Source: Myxococcales bacterium
GTDB lineage: Bacteria > Myxococcota_A > UBA9042 > JABWCM01 > BTVJ01
Assembly: GCA_045863395.1 (NCBI GenBank)
Contig: BTVJ01000007.1
Coordinates: 118,668 to 182,667, forward strand
Direction of reading: 5' to 3'
DNA length: 64,000 nt
In this document: positions 1 through 8,507 of the stretch, one piece after another
How the letters are laid out: each line of letters begins with the position of its first letter
Numbering within the stretch: position 1 is the first letter of the stretch
Notes under the pieces: generated by a model
The model's input: only the letters and a program-made list of their open reading frames with translations
Told to the model about the DNA's origin: nothing
The model's database searches: none
Program-made: the position numbers and the translations under genes

Positions 1-2
1 AG

Positions 3-641
3 CTCGGCGCCAGCCCGCCCGTCATCGCGGACCTCAACCGCGATGGCCAGCTCGACGCGCTGTTCCTGAGCGGGTCCAACAACGCCGTGAACTGCTACAC
101 GCTCGGGGCCGGCACCTACGACGACGCGCGCATCCTCCACTACGGGACCGTGGACGGCCTCGGCCGAAACCACGGCTACACCGGCGCCCTCGACCCCTTC
201 GAGCCCAACGACGTGCGTCAGGCGCCCTACGTGCCTGCGTCGAGCCCCAACCCGGTCCTGGCGTCGCGGGCGTACAAGATCCGCGCCCTGCGCGACGTAT
301 ACAGCTCCGGCGGGGGCTGGACCCACCGCCTGCGCGCGCTGATCTCCGAGCCCGGTGACCGGGACCTCTACACGCTCAGCGGGTCCATCATCGCGGTGAC
401 GCTGAGCGCGCTCGCGAAGGACTATGACCTCCACGTACACATCTTCAAGCCGGACGGCACCTACATCGACACCCTGAGCAGCACCAAGGGTGGCGCGGCC
501 GCCGAGTCCATCACGTGCCACACCACGACAGGCTGCCCGGCCGTCGGGGGCAGCATCTTCCTCATCGAGGTGCGGGGGAAGGACGAGGCCACCGACTTCG
601 GGCCCTTCCCCTACATCCTGAACACGAGCTGGGCGAACTGA
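3..641 (+). CDS. C-terminal part of a secreted FG-GAP/VCBS-repeat protein with a C-terminal PPC-like (pre-peptidase C-terminal) domain; 5' end lies outside the window
   Basis: Frame is open from base 3: LGASPPVIADLNRDGQLDALF (FG-GAP-like DLNxDG), later GDRDLYTL and DYDLHVH...FLIEVRG, typical of PPC-like domains; TGA at 639-641. Confidence 0.6.
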   Translation, partial: LGASPPVIADLNRDGQLDALFLSGSNNAVNCYTLGAGTYDDARILHYGTVDGLGRNHGYTGALDPFEPNDVRQAPYVPASSPNPVLASRAYKIRALRDVYSSGGGWTHRLRALISEPGDRDLYTLSGSIIAVTLSALAKDYDLHVHIFKPDGTYIDTLSSTKGGAAAESITCHTTTGCPAVGGSIFLIEVRGKDEATDFGPFPYILNTSWAN

Positions 642-720
642 GGCGGAGCATCCTTCCTGGCGATGGCGCCCCCTCGCTGCTACCCTGCCTCGTTGCCGGC
701 GCCCGGGGTGGCCCGGCGCT

Positions 721-2805
721 GTGAGGTCTTCGTTGAGACACCTGCCTTCGTGGCTGCTGCCGGCCCTCGTCGCCCTGACCGCGTGCAGCGACGACACTGC
801 GACCACGGTTGACACGTCAACCGTGGACCTGGACGCGACCCCCTTCGTGCCGGACGCAGGGCCGCCCGACGCGCTGCCCTCGGACGTGGACGCGGCGCCC
901 TTCGTCCCGACGGGGAGCTGCGACGACGGCACCGTGCGGGTGCTGCGTGTGGCGCCGTGGCCTGGGCGGGGGCTCCAGATCACGCTGGAGCTGCGCACGC
1001 CCGAGGGAGCGCCCGCCACGGAGGGAGAGGCGATCAGCGCGCGCCTCTTGAGCCCTGGTGGGGAGCACGAGGCGGTGATCAAGAAGGCCTGGCAGACCGG
1101 CGGCATCACCGGCGTCATCGTCGTCCCGTCGCCGGACGCGGCGACCCACGCGGCCCGCGTCGCCGCCGCGAGGGCCTTCGTCGCGGCCCTCCCCGAGCGG
1201 GAGCGGGTCGCCCTGTGGGCAGCGTCCGTGCCCGTGACGCTCCTCGCCGAGCTCACCGACGAGAAGGCCCACCTGGACGCGCGCCTGGCGGCGCTCGCGC
1301 CCTCCGCCGGCAGCGCCCCCGCCGGCCCCCAGCTCTCCGGGATCAGGCAGGCGCTCGTCGCGGCGGAGGGGGCCTACGGCCCGCCAAGCCGGCACCTGGT
1401 GATCGTGGACGCGGACGCCGGGGACCCCGACGCGCTGCCTCTCGTTGCCATCCAGACGTCGTGGCTCCTGCCGGGGGAGGACGGTGCCTCGCTTGCCGCC
1501 GACCTCGTCGCGCGCCGCTACGGCATCGTGCGGGTCGGGGCGTGCCCAGGGGCCGCGAAGGGCGAGGTGCTCACGCTGGAGCTCGACGGGACCCCCTGTG
1601 CCCTGAAGGCCCCTGCGCCCATCGATCACATGACCGAAGAGCCCTGCGACCCGGCGGCCGCAGCCCTGGACGACTACCCCTTCCCGGCGACCATCGAGCT
1701 GTCCTTCACGGCGACGGAGCGCGCCGCCTGGCAGGCCCGCAAACAGGCGAACAGCAAGGAGGACTTCCGGACGTCGGTGCGCCTTGGCGCCGGGAGTCCC
1801 ATCGCCGCGACGGCTCACCTGCGGGGGCACACCTCGTTGAGCTGCGACCGTCGCAACTACAACGTCAATCTGGACGGCGGCGACGAGCGGCGCCTCGCCC
1901 CCGGGGCCGCCACCGACAAGTTCTATCTGATCAGCATGTGCAAGGACGTGGGCTACTTCAACCAGACCTTCGCGGCCCGGCTGCTTGCGCCCCTCGGTGT
2001 GTTCAACCTCCAGTGGCGCTACGTGCGCCTCGTGGAGGATGGCGTGGACCGGGGCGCCTACCTGCTGCTGGAGCAGCCGGACGAGGGCCTCGTCCAGGAC
2101 CACGTGGACCTGGCCGCAATCATCCGGCGCCGCTTCGACCCGGAGGATCAGCCCGAGGACGTCAAGCTTGCGAAGGCGGGCAACGCCAAGGCCCTCGCAG
2201 CCTATGAGGCGGTGGTGGACATCGCCCAGAAGGCGCCCCTCGACGAGCTGGAGCAGCGCCTCGGCGAGGTGCTCGACGTGGACGCCTACCTGCGCTGGCT
2301 CGCGTTCATGACCTTCATGGTCAACGGCGACTACGTGGACGAGGTCTACTTCTACGGAGCCGAGGAGGCGGGGCACGTCTACTTCCGCATCCTCAACTGG
2401 GACCCCGACGACCTGTTCAGCCCGTGCCACCACGGCAGCAAGTTCGCCTACAAGGACCCAGCGGGCATCCTCTACTGCTCCGAGGGCAAGATCGACGAGG
2501 CGGTGCTCCGGTCGCCGGCGCTCTACGGGCGTTTCGTGCAGCACCTGGAGCAGGTCATGGCGGACCACCCGGCCGACAAGCTGGCCTGGACCATGGGGGA
2601 GATCCGGGACCAGCTCTTCGCCGTCGTCGCCACCGACGCCACCGCCAAGGCCATGGGCGAGCTCCAGCAGTCCCACCCGGACGCGGGCACCCAGGCCGGG
2701 TTTCGGAAGGTGGTCACCACGCTGACGGAGGAGATGCTCGCTGCGGCCGAGGCCTCCCGCAAGGACCTGAAGGCGAAGATCGTCGTGTGGAGGGCCTCCC
2801 GATGA
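721..2805 (+). CDS. CotH-family kinase lipoprotein with an N-terminal VWA-like region; divergent motifs
   Basis: Lipobox LTAC; HLRGHTS, GAYLLLEQPD, LDVDAYLRWLA, NGDY, NWDPDDLF match CotH-family segments. Confidence 0.75.
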   Translation: MRSSLRHLPSWLLPALVALTACSDDTATTVDTSTVDLDATPFVPDAGPPDALPSDVDAAPFVPTGSCDDGTVRVLRVAPWPGRGLQITLELRTPEGAPATEGEAISARLLSPGGEHEAVIKKAWQTGGITGVIVVPSPDAATHAARVAAARAFVAALPERERVALWAASVPVTLLAELTDEKAHLDARLAALAPSAGSAPAGPQLSGIRQALVAAEGAYGPPSRHLVIVDADAGDPDALPLVAIQTSWLLPGEDGASLAADLVARRYGIVRVGACPGAAKGEVLTLELDGTPCALKAPAPIDHMTEEPCDPAAAALDDYPFPATIELSFTATERAAWQARKQANSKEDFRTSVRLGAGSPIAATAHLRGHTSLSCDRRNYNVNLDGGDERRLAPGAATDKFYLISMCKDVGYFNQTFAARLLAPLGVFNLQWRYVRLVEDGVDRGAYLLLEQPDEGLVQDHVDLAAIIRRRFDPEDQPEDVKLAKAGNAKALAAYEAVVDIAQKAPLDELEQRLGEVLDVDAYLRWLAFMTFMVNGDYVDEVYFYGAEEAGHVYFRILNWDPDDLFSPCHHGSKFAYKDPAGILYCSEGKIDEAVLRSPALYGRFVQHLEQVMADHPADKLAWTMGEIRDQLFAVVATDATAKAMGELQQSHPDAGTQAGFRKVVTTLTEEMLAAAEASRKDLKAKIVVWRASR

Positions 2806-4382
2806 GGCGCGCGCTCGCCCTCGTGCTGCTCCTGGCGTGCGATGACGCGGGGGACCGTGCGCCCGAGGCCGGAGCGGCGGACGTTCCCGGCGACGGGGGG
2901 AGCGGCAGCGTCGATGCAGGCGACGCCGGCTGCCCCACCTGCCCCACGTTCGACGTGACCGTGGACACCACCGACGTCCTGCCCGACGCGCCGCCAGTCC
3001 TGGTCTCCGTGGAGCTGCCCCACGAGCTGGTCCCCGGCCGGCCCGCCACGGCGGTGCTGCGGGTCCCCGCGGGGGAGCTCGGTCCGGTCACGGCCACCGT
3101 GGATGTGGTGGTTGGGGGGACGACGCGCAAGGCCACCATCTACCGCGGCGTCGGCAGCCTCCCGGTGGTGGCCCCATCCGAGGGCGAGCTGACCATCGCC
3201 GTCGCGGGCGACGGGCTCGCCGGTGAGCGCGCGGTCCCCACCGTGGCCAGACCCGCGCGCACACTGACCGGCGTCTTGTCGGGGGGCGACCTGGCGTGGG
3301 GCCCGGAGCAGGACGTGCGCATTACTGGCGAAGTCGTGGTGCCGGCTGGTGAGACGCTGACAATCGAGGCCGGCGCGCGGGTGCTGCTGGAGCCCCAGGC
3401 GCGTCTCAAGGTCGACGGCAAGCTGGTCGCCGAGGGTACGGAGGACGCCCCAGTCCTGCTGACCAGCGCCTCGGAGCCGTGGGGGGAGCTGGACGTCCCG
3501 GGTGACGCGACGCTGGCCCACACCTGGCTCATCGACGGCGGTGGCGACGGGTCGCGCGCGGTGGGCCACTCCAAGTCGCAGCCGGTCGTGCGCGTGGTGG
3601 GGGGCTCGCTCACCATGACCGGTGGCGGCATCGCCGACAGCCCCGGAAAGGCGCTGTGGTCGGACGGCGCCAAGGTGCACCTGGACGGCGTGCTGATCAC
3701 GCGCTGCGACACGGGCGGCGAGCACAAGGCGTCGGAGGTGATCCTCTTGCGCTCCCACGTGCTGGAGATCCCCGACGGGGACGGGGTGGTGGCGGACGAC
3801 GACAATGACGGCATCTACCTGGGCGGTGGGGACACGGGCGGCCCCCAGAGCCACATCGGGGACACCACCTTCGCGGTGGGGGAGGACGACGCCATCGACC
3901 ACAACGGCGCCAAGGTGCGCATCGAGCGGGTGTGGATCGAGGGCTTCTTCCACGAGGGCATCGCGACCTCCACCGGCGGGCGGGTGGAGGTCATCGACAC
4001 GGTGGTCAAGGGGTGCGCGCAGGGCATCGAGTGTGGCTACGGCGCGCCCGATGTGTCGGTGGTGGGGTGCCTCGTCACGGGGAACGGCGTGGGGCTCCGG
4101 TGGGGGGACGACTACGACTGGGAGGCGAAGGGGACGTTCCACGTCGAGCGCACCGTGGCCGTGGGGAACACGACCAACGTCCGCTTCGAGGACGACCAGC
4201 AAGGAGCGCCGCCGGTGGGCGCGACCTCGATCACCTGCTCCATGGTCGACACCCCCGCGTGGGACGGGGTGGGGAACAACGGCGCCGGCATACCGGGCGG
4301 GGGCCCGGGTGGGTGCGTCCACCAGGGGAGCGTCACGGTGGGGCCGACCTGTGGCGTCGTGGGGCCCGGAGCCTGCAAGTGA
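2802..4382 (+). CDS. Right-handed beta-helix (pectin-lyase-like) lipoprotein
   Basis: ATG overlaps upstream stop (ATGA); MRRALALVLLLAC lipobox; VVVPAGETLTIEAGARV, DDDNDGIYL, GEDDAIDHNG, FFHEGIA parallel beta-helix-type coils. Confidence 0.7.
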   Translation: MRRALALVLLLACDDAGDRAPEAGAADVPGDGGSGSVDAGDAGCPTCPTFDVTVDTTDVLPDAPPVLVSVELPHELVPGRPATAVLRVPAGELGPVTATVDVVVGGTTRKATIYRGVGSLPVVAPSEGELTIAVAGDGLAGERAVPTVARPARTLTGVLSGGDLAWGPEQDVRITGEVVVPAGETLTIEAGARVLLEPQARLKVDGKLVAEGTEDAPVLLTSASEPWGELDVPGDATLAHTWLIDGGGDGSRAVGHSKSQPVVRVVGGSLTMTGGGIADSPGKALWSDGAKVHLDGVLITRCDTGGEHKASEVILLRSHVLEIPDGDGVVADDDNDGIYLGGGDTGGPQSHIGDTTFAVGEDDAIDHNGAKVRIERVWIEGFFHEGIATSTGGRVEVIDTVVKGCAQGIECGYGAPDVSVVGCLVTGNGVGLRWGDDYDWEAKGTFHVERTVAVGNTTNVRFEDDQQGAPPVGATSITCSMVDTPAWDGVGNNGAGIPGGGPGGCVHQGSVTVGPTCGVVGPGACK

Positions 4383-5668
4383 GATGGTTCGTCCTGGCGC
4401 TGCTCGTGGCCTGCGGAGGGTCGCCGCCCGAGCCCGCGGACTCCGGGTGGGCCGATGTGGGCGCCTTCGACGCGGGGGCGCTGGACGTGGGCGATTCGGG
4501 TGGGCCGACGGACACGACCGGCGGCGCCGGTGACACCACGGCGCCCGACGGGCCAAAGCTCCTGCGCATCGACGTGAAGGTGGGGGCCAAGGCGTGGGAT
4601 CACCTCCACGCGGACCCCAACGGGACGGATGAGATCGAGGTGGAGCTGACCGTCGGCGGCCAGACCTTTCCCGGCACGGAGATGGAGCTGCACGGAGGCT
4701 TCGCGCGCACCGTCCCAAAGAAGTCGTATCGCTTCTCCATCGACGACGACTTTGGCTCCGAGCTGGACCTGTTCGGCGACGGCGTGGAGCGCCAGCGCCG
4801 CTTCGTGCTCAAGGCGTCCTGGAATGATCGCACGTGGATGCGTGGCCCCCTGACCATGGACCTGCTGCGGGAGGCCGGCGGCCTGGCGCCCCGGGAGCGC
4901 CACGCCGAGCTGTACGTCAATGGCGGCTACTTCGGCCTCTACGTGCTCGTGGAGCGCATCGACAAGCTCTACCTGAAGCGGCAGGGCCTCGAGAAGGACA
5001 AGGCGAGCCTCTACAAGGCGGAGAACCACAACGCCAACTGGAAGCCCAAGGCCGATCCGCTGGCTGGCTATGATCAGGAGCTGGGGAAGGAGGGGGACGT
5101 GGGGGACCTCGCCGCCCTCCTCGACGCCTGCGGCAAGACGGAGACGACCGCCGAGGCCTTCGCGGCCAAGGTGGAGCCGTGGCTGTCCCTGGAGGACTTC
5201 GTCCGCTGGCAGCGCGTCAACACCTACGCCGACAACAAGGACACCTACACCAAGAACTACCTGCTCCACCACGACAGGGCCGCGTCCTACGGCGCTCCCA
5301 CCCACCCGTTTCGCTTGATTGCGTGGGACGCGGACGCGACCTGGGGCAACAACTGGGACGGCGAGCCGCTGGAGCCCGACGCAGGTGCCTGGCATGGCAC
5401 GGACGGCTTCTCCCCGCGGCTGTTCTCCATACCCGCGTGGCGGTCGTCCTACCTTGCGGCGTATGAGGACGCCCTGGCCGGTCCGTTCCGCCCGGATGCC
5501 ATCGGCGAGCGCATCTCTGCCCTGACCTTCAAGCTCCGTGCGGCGGCCATGAAGGACCTGGCCAAGTGGCAGCCGGGGTTCTCCTTCGACGCGGAGATCG
5601 CGCGGCTGCGGTGGGCCGTCGAGCAGCGCCACGAGCGCATGAGCGCCGTGATCGGCGCACTGAAGTGA
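4379..5668 (+). CDS. CotH-family kinase lipoprotein
   Basis: GTG overlaps upstream stop (GTGA); LLVAC lipobox; PKKSYRF, FVLKA..DRTWMR, YFGLYVLVERID, NKD..KNYLL, IAWDADATWG. Confidence 0.85.
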   Translation: MRWFVLALLVACGGSPPEPADSGWADVGAFDAGALDVGDSGGPTDTTGGAGDTTAPDGPKLLRIDVKVGAKAWDHLHADPNGTDEIEVELTVGGQTFPGTEMELHGGFARTVPKKSYRFSIDDDFGSELDLFGDGVERQRRFVLKASWNDRTWMRGPLTMDLLREAGGLAPRERHAELYVNGGYFGLYVLVERIDKLYLKRQGLEKDKASLYKAENHNANWKPKADPLAGYDQELGKEGDVGDLAALLDACGKTETTAEAFAAKVEPWLSLEDFVRWQRVNTYADNKDTYTKNYLLHHDRAASYGAPTHPFRLIAWDADATWGNNWDGEPLEPDAGAWHGTDGFSPRLFSIPAWRSSYLAAYEDALAGPFRPDAIGERISALTFKLRAAAMKDLAKWQPGFSFDAEIARLRWAVEQRHERMSAVIGALK

Positions 5669-5726
5669 CCGCCGGCGCTGTCCCTGGCGACGCGGTCCCG
5701 CTATCATCGCCCGCCCGGAGGTGTTC

Positions 5727-6473
5727 ATGAAGCTGCGCCCCCTCATCGCGCGCCTCAATGGCGCCACCAACACGCTCTACCGCCGCCTGGCGACCCGGCC
5801 CCACTACTTGGAGGTCTACGGCCGCATGGTGGATCGGGCGGTGATGGACTCCGACGCCATCATTCATCTGGGCTGCGGGCCCCTTGGCTTCGACCAGGTG
5901 TGCCGGGTGCCGCTCCAGGGCAAGACCGTCTACGCCGTGGACCCCGACGCCGAGGCCCTCGCGCGGAACCCGTGCCCCAACCGCATCGTCGCCTATGGGG
6001 AGGCGGTGCCGCTGCCGAGTGGATGCGCGGACACGGTGGTGCTGGAGCACGTCGTGGAGCACCTGGATGATCCCGCCGCCGTGCTGCGCGAGGCGCACCG
6101 GCTGCTGCGGCCGGGCGGCCGGGTGGTGTTCACCACGCCCAACCTCCTGTCCTACTCGGGGCTGGCGACGCACCTCACGCCGATGCAGTTCCACGTCTGG
6201 TATCTGGGGCTGATGAGGCGGGGAGGCTCGGGGGGCAAGCGGGACCCGTACCCCACGGTGTTCCACATGAACACCATCGGGAAGATCCGGCAGATCGCAG
6301 CGGACACGGGCTTCGAGGTGGAGGAGCTCTCCACGGGCGTCGACTGGCCCACCTACACCTGGCCACTGCCGGTCATCCACCAGCTCGCGGCGCTCTGGCA
6401 CCTGGTCCTGGACCGCGTGGAGGCCCTCGCACCGCTCCGGATCACGCTCACCGTGTCGCTGCGCAGGGCGTGA
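5727..6473 (+). CDS. Class I SAM-dependent methyltransferase
   Basis: GGAGG RBS; IHLGCG motif I, VYAVD, EHVVEHLDDP, RLLRPGGRVVFTTPN. Confidence 0.85.
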   Translation: MKLRPLIARLNGATNTLYRRLATRPHYLEVYGRMVDRAVMDSDAIIHLGCGPLGFDQVCRVPLQGKTVYAVDPDAEALARNPCPNRIVAYGEAVPLPSGCADTVVLEHVVEHLDDPAAVLREAHRLLRPGGRVVFTTPNLLSYSGLATHLTPMQFHVWYLGLMRRGGSGGKRDPYPTVFHMNTIGKIRQIAADTGFEVEELSTGVDWPTYTWPLPVIHQLAALWHLVLDRVEALAPLRITLTVSLRRA

Positions 6474-6476
6474 GGC

Positions 6477-8504
6477 TCACTGTGGCGTGTACCAGATCGG
6501 CGACGTCCAGGCGCGCTCCTGCGTCGTCTTCGTTACGGCAGGGTCCGTGCAGGCCGCCGGGCGCTCCGGCTCGGGGAGGGACAGGCACTCCCAGGCGTTG
6601 TAGCGGCAGCTCGGGTTCTCGATGACCCGCACGTACCAAAGAGCGCGCTGAGCGGGGTCGAAGGTGGGGTCTTCCCACACCGCGCAGAGGGAGTCGGCGC
6701 CTGCGCCGACAGGGGCGCAGGTGGCCGGGTCCACCGAGGCCCCGTTCGTCGGGTCGCCCGCCACGTCCCACACCTGCTCGTGGCCCGCGCCATCTGCGTC
6801 CACCCACCCCTTGACGATCTGGACTCGCTGGAGCTGCACCCCTGGCAGGTCCGGGGTGCCCGGATCGCGCTGCGCCAGCACGACGAAGCGCGGGGCGTCC
6901 GTCGCCGGCAGGTCGCCGCCCATGGGAACGCCGCTGGCGTAGCCCTTCTCCACCAGGTCCGGATCGTCGCACAGGTCTGCCGGGTAGCTCCCGCCGAAGA
7001 AGCGCACCGTGATGCGCGGCCCGCTGGTCGCGAAGACCTCGCGGCGCCGCAGCGCCTCGAAGATCGCATCCCTGGACTTCTCCACCGCCCAGACGCCGGC
7101 CAGCCCGCCGGGGGTGTTCATGATGCCGCCGGGAAGGAGCCCACCGACGCCGAGGCGCTTCTCCGGCGTGTCGTCCTCCAGGCCCACGTGGCCGGGGAAG
7201 CCTGGCTCATCAACCGCTCCGGGGGTGCCGTTGTGGGTGTCCGTGCTCCCGATGAGGCCGAGCTTGTAGGGGTTGGCGCCGATGCGCGCCTCCTCGCGGA
7301 GGCCCTCGACCAGCGTGGTGCGCACGAAGTCGAGGCGGGAGACGCACCCCAGGTTGACCATGCCGCCCTCGCCGACACCGTCGCCGCAGTCCTCGAAGGG
7401 CGGCTTGCGGAGCTTCTCGAAGGTGCACAGCTCGTCGGGGGGGCCGAGCGGGCTCGCGAGGCCGGGGCTGCACTCCGAGTCGCCCTTGTGCTGGAAGACC
7501 TCGACGAGCGGCTCCATGGCGACACGCTCCGCTGCGGCGGCCCCCTGCTCAGCGAGGGTCTGCGCCTGGCCGTACTCGATGGCGAACATGCGCCCGTTGC
7601 TCCAGTTGGAGTTGTGGGGAATCGCCAGCACGTCGCACCCCGTCGCGGCCTCCAGGCAGGCGCCCCGTAGGGCGGCCCACAGGCCACGCGGCTCGGGCTC
7701 GTCGAAGTAGTGGACGGGCAGGGCCGGCACGGCCGCGTTCCTGAAGATCACGTTGCGGTGGATGTTGCTCACGTAGGGCGAGCCCGAGTACTCGTAGCCC
7801 ACGAAGGTCGTGAAGGTGCAGGCCGCTGTCCGGTCGTAGAAGTCCTCGGCCGCGTCTTGAAGCTCCTGCCAGATGGTGCTCGCCTCGGCTGCGCAGAGGG
7901 CCCCGTCCTCTCCACAGATGCCGGCGGGGTGGGAGGGGGCTGGCTTGGACAGGCGGATGCCCAGGGTCGGGACTCCGCCGACGCCCGTGTAGCTCTTGCA
8001 CATGGCCGAGTCTGCCGCCGGGCCGTCGCCGGCGCACAGCGACGTCTCCGCCATCAGCTCCGCGTGGTCCGTGACCGCCGCGAAGTCCAAGGGGCGCCGG
8101 AGCCGCACCTCCCGGGTCCCCTTGCCGTCCGGGCCCAGCGGGGGGAGCCAGACGGACTCGCCCCGCGCGAAGGCGTAGGCCTGCGCCGGGGTCGTGCGGA
8201 CGTCGTAGCGCGAGGCGTCGAAGGAGTACGCCGTGTGGACGTGGAGGTCACCGAAGTAGGCGTTGCGAAGCGGGTTGCGGTCCGCGCAGGGCTCCCGGTC
8301 CTCCGTCAGCGTGACCAGCGTCGTGTCGTCCGAGCCTGGCTGCACGTCGCTTGCGCCTGTGGGCGCGTCGGACCCGGTGGTGTCCGCCTCGACCGTGGGG
8401 GTGTCCCCTTGAGGCGCTGCGTTGGTGTCGGTGTGGTGAGCGGCGCCGTCGGGATCGGTGCAGGCCACTCCCAGGACAACCAGCATGGGCAGGGCGACCT
8501 TCAC
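6477..8504 (-). CDS. DUF3604-domain lipoprotein (PHP-like metal-binding fold)
   Basis: Lipobox GVAC; AYFGDLHVHTAYSFDA, LDFAAVTDHAE, IPHNSN, QHKGDSEC, GSTDTHNG, QERAWTSPIWY. Confidence 0.85.
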   Translation of the reverse strand: MKVALPMLVVLGVACTDPDGAAHHTDTNAAPQGDTPTVEADTTGSDAPTGASDVQPGSDDTTLVTLTEDREPCADRNPLRNAYFGDLHVHTAYSFDASRYDVRTTPAQAYAFARGESVWLPPLGPDGKGTREVRLRRPLDFAAVTDHAELMAETSLCAGDGPAADSAMCKSYTGVGGVPTLGIRLSKPAPSHPAGICGEDGALCAAEASTIWQELQDAAEDFYDRTAACTFTTFVGYEYSGSPYVSNIHRNVIFRNAAVPALPVHYFDEPEPRGLWAALRGACLEAATGCDVLAIPHNSNWSNGRMFAIEYGQAQTLAEQGAAAAERVAMEPLVEVFQHKGDSECSPGLASPLGPPDELCTFEKLRKPPFEDCGDGVGEGGMVNLGCVSRLDFVRTTLVEGLREEARIGANPYKLGLIGSTDTHNGTPGAVDEPGFPGHVGLEDDTPEKRLGVGGLLPGGIMNTPGGLAGVWAVEKSRDAIFEALRRREVFATSGPRITVRFFGGSYPADLCDDPDLVEKGYASGVPMGGDLPATDAPRFVVLAQRDPGTPDLPGVQLQRVQIVKGWVDADGAGHEQVWDVAGDPTNGASVDPATCAPVGAGADSLCAVWEDPTFDPAQRALWYVRVIENPSCRYNAWECLSLPEPERPAACTDPAVTKTTQERAWTSPIWYTPQ

Positions 8505-8507
8505 CCG

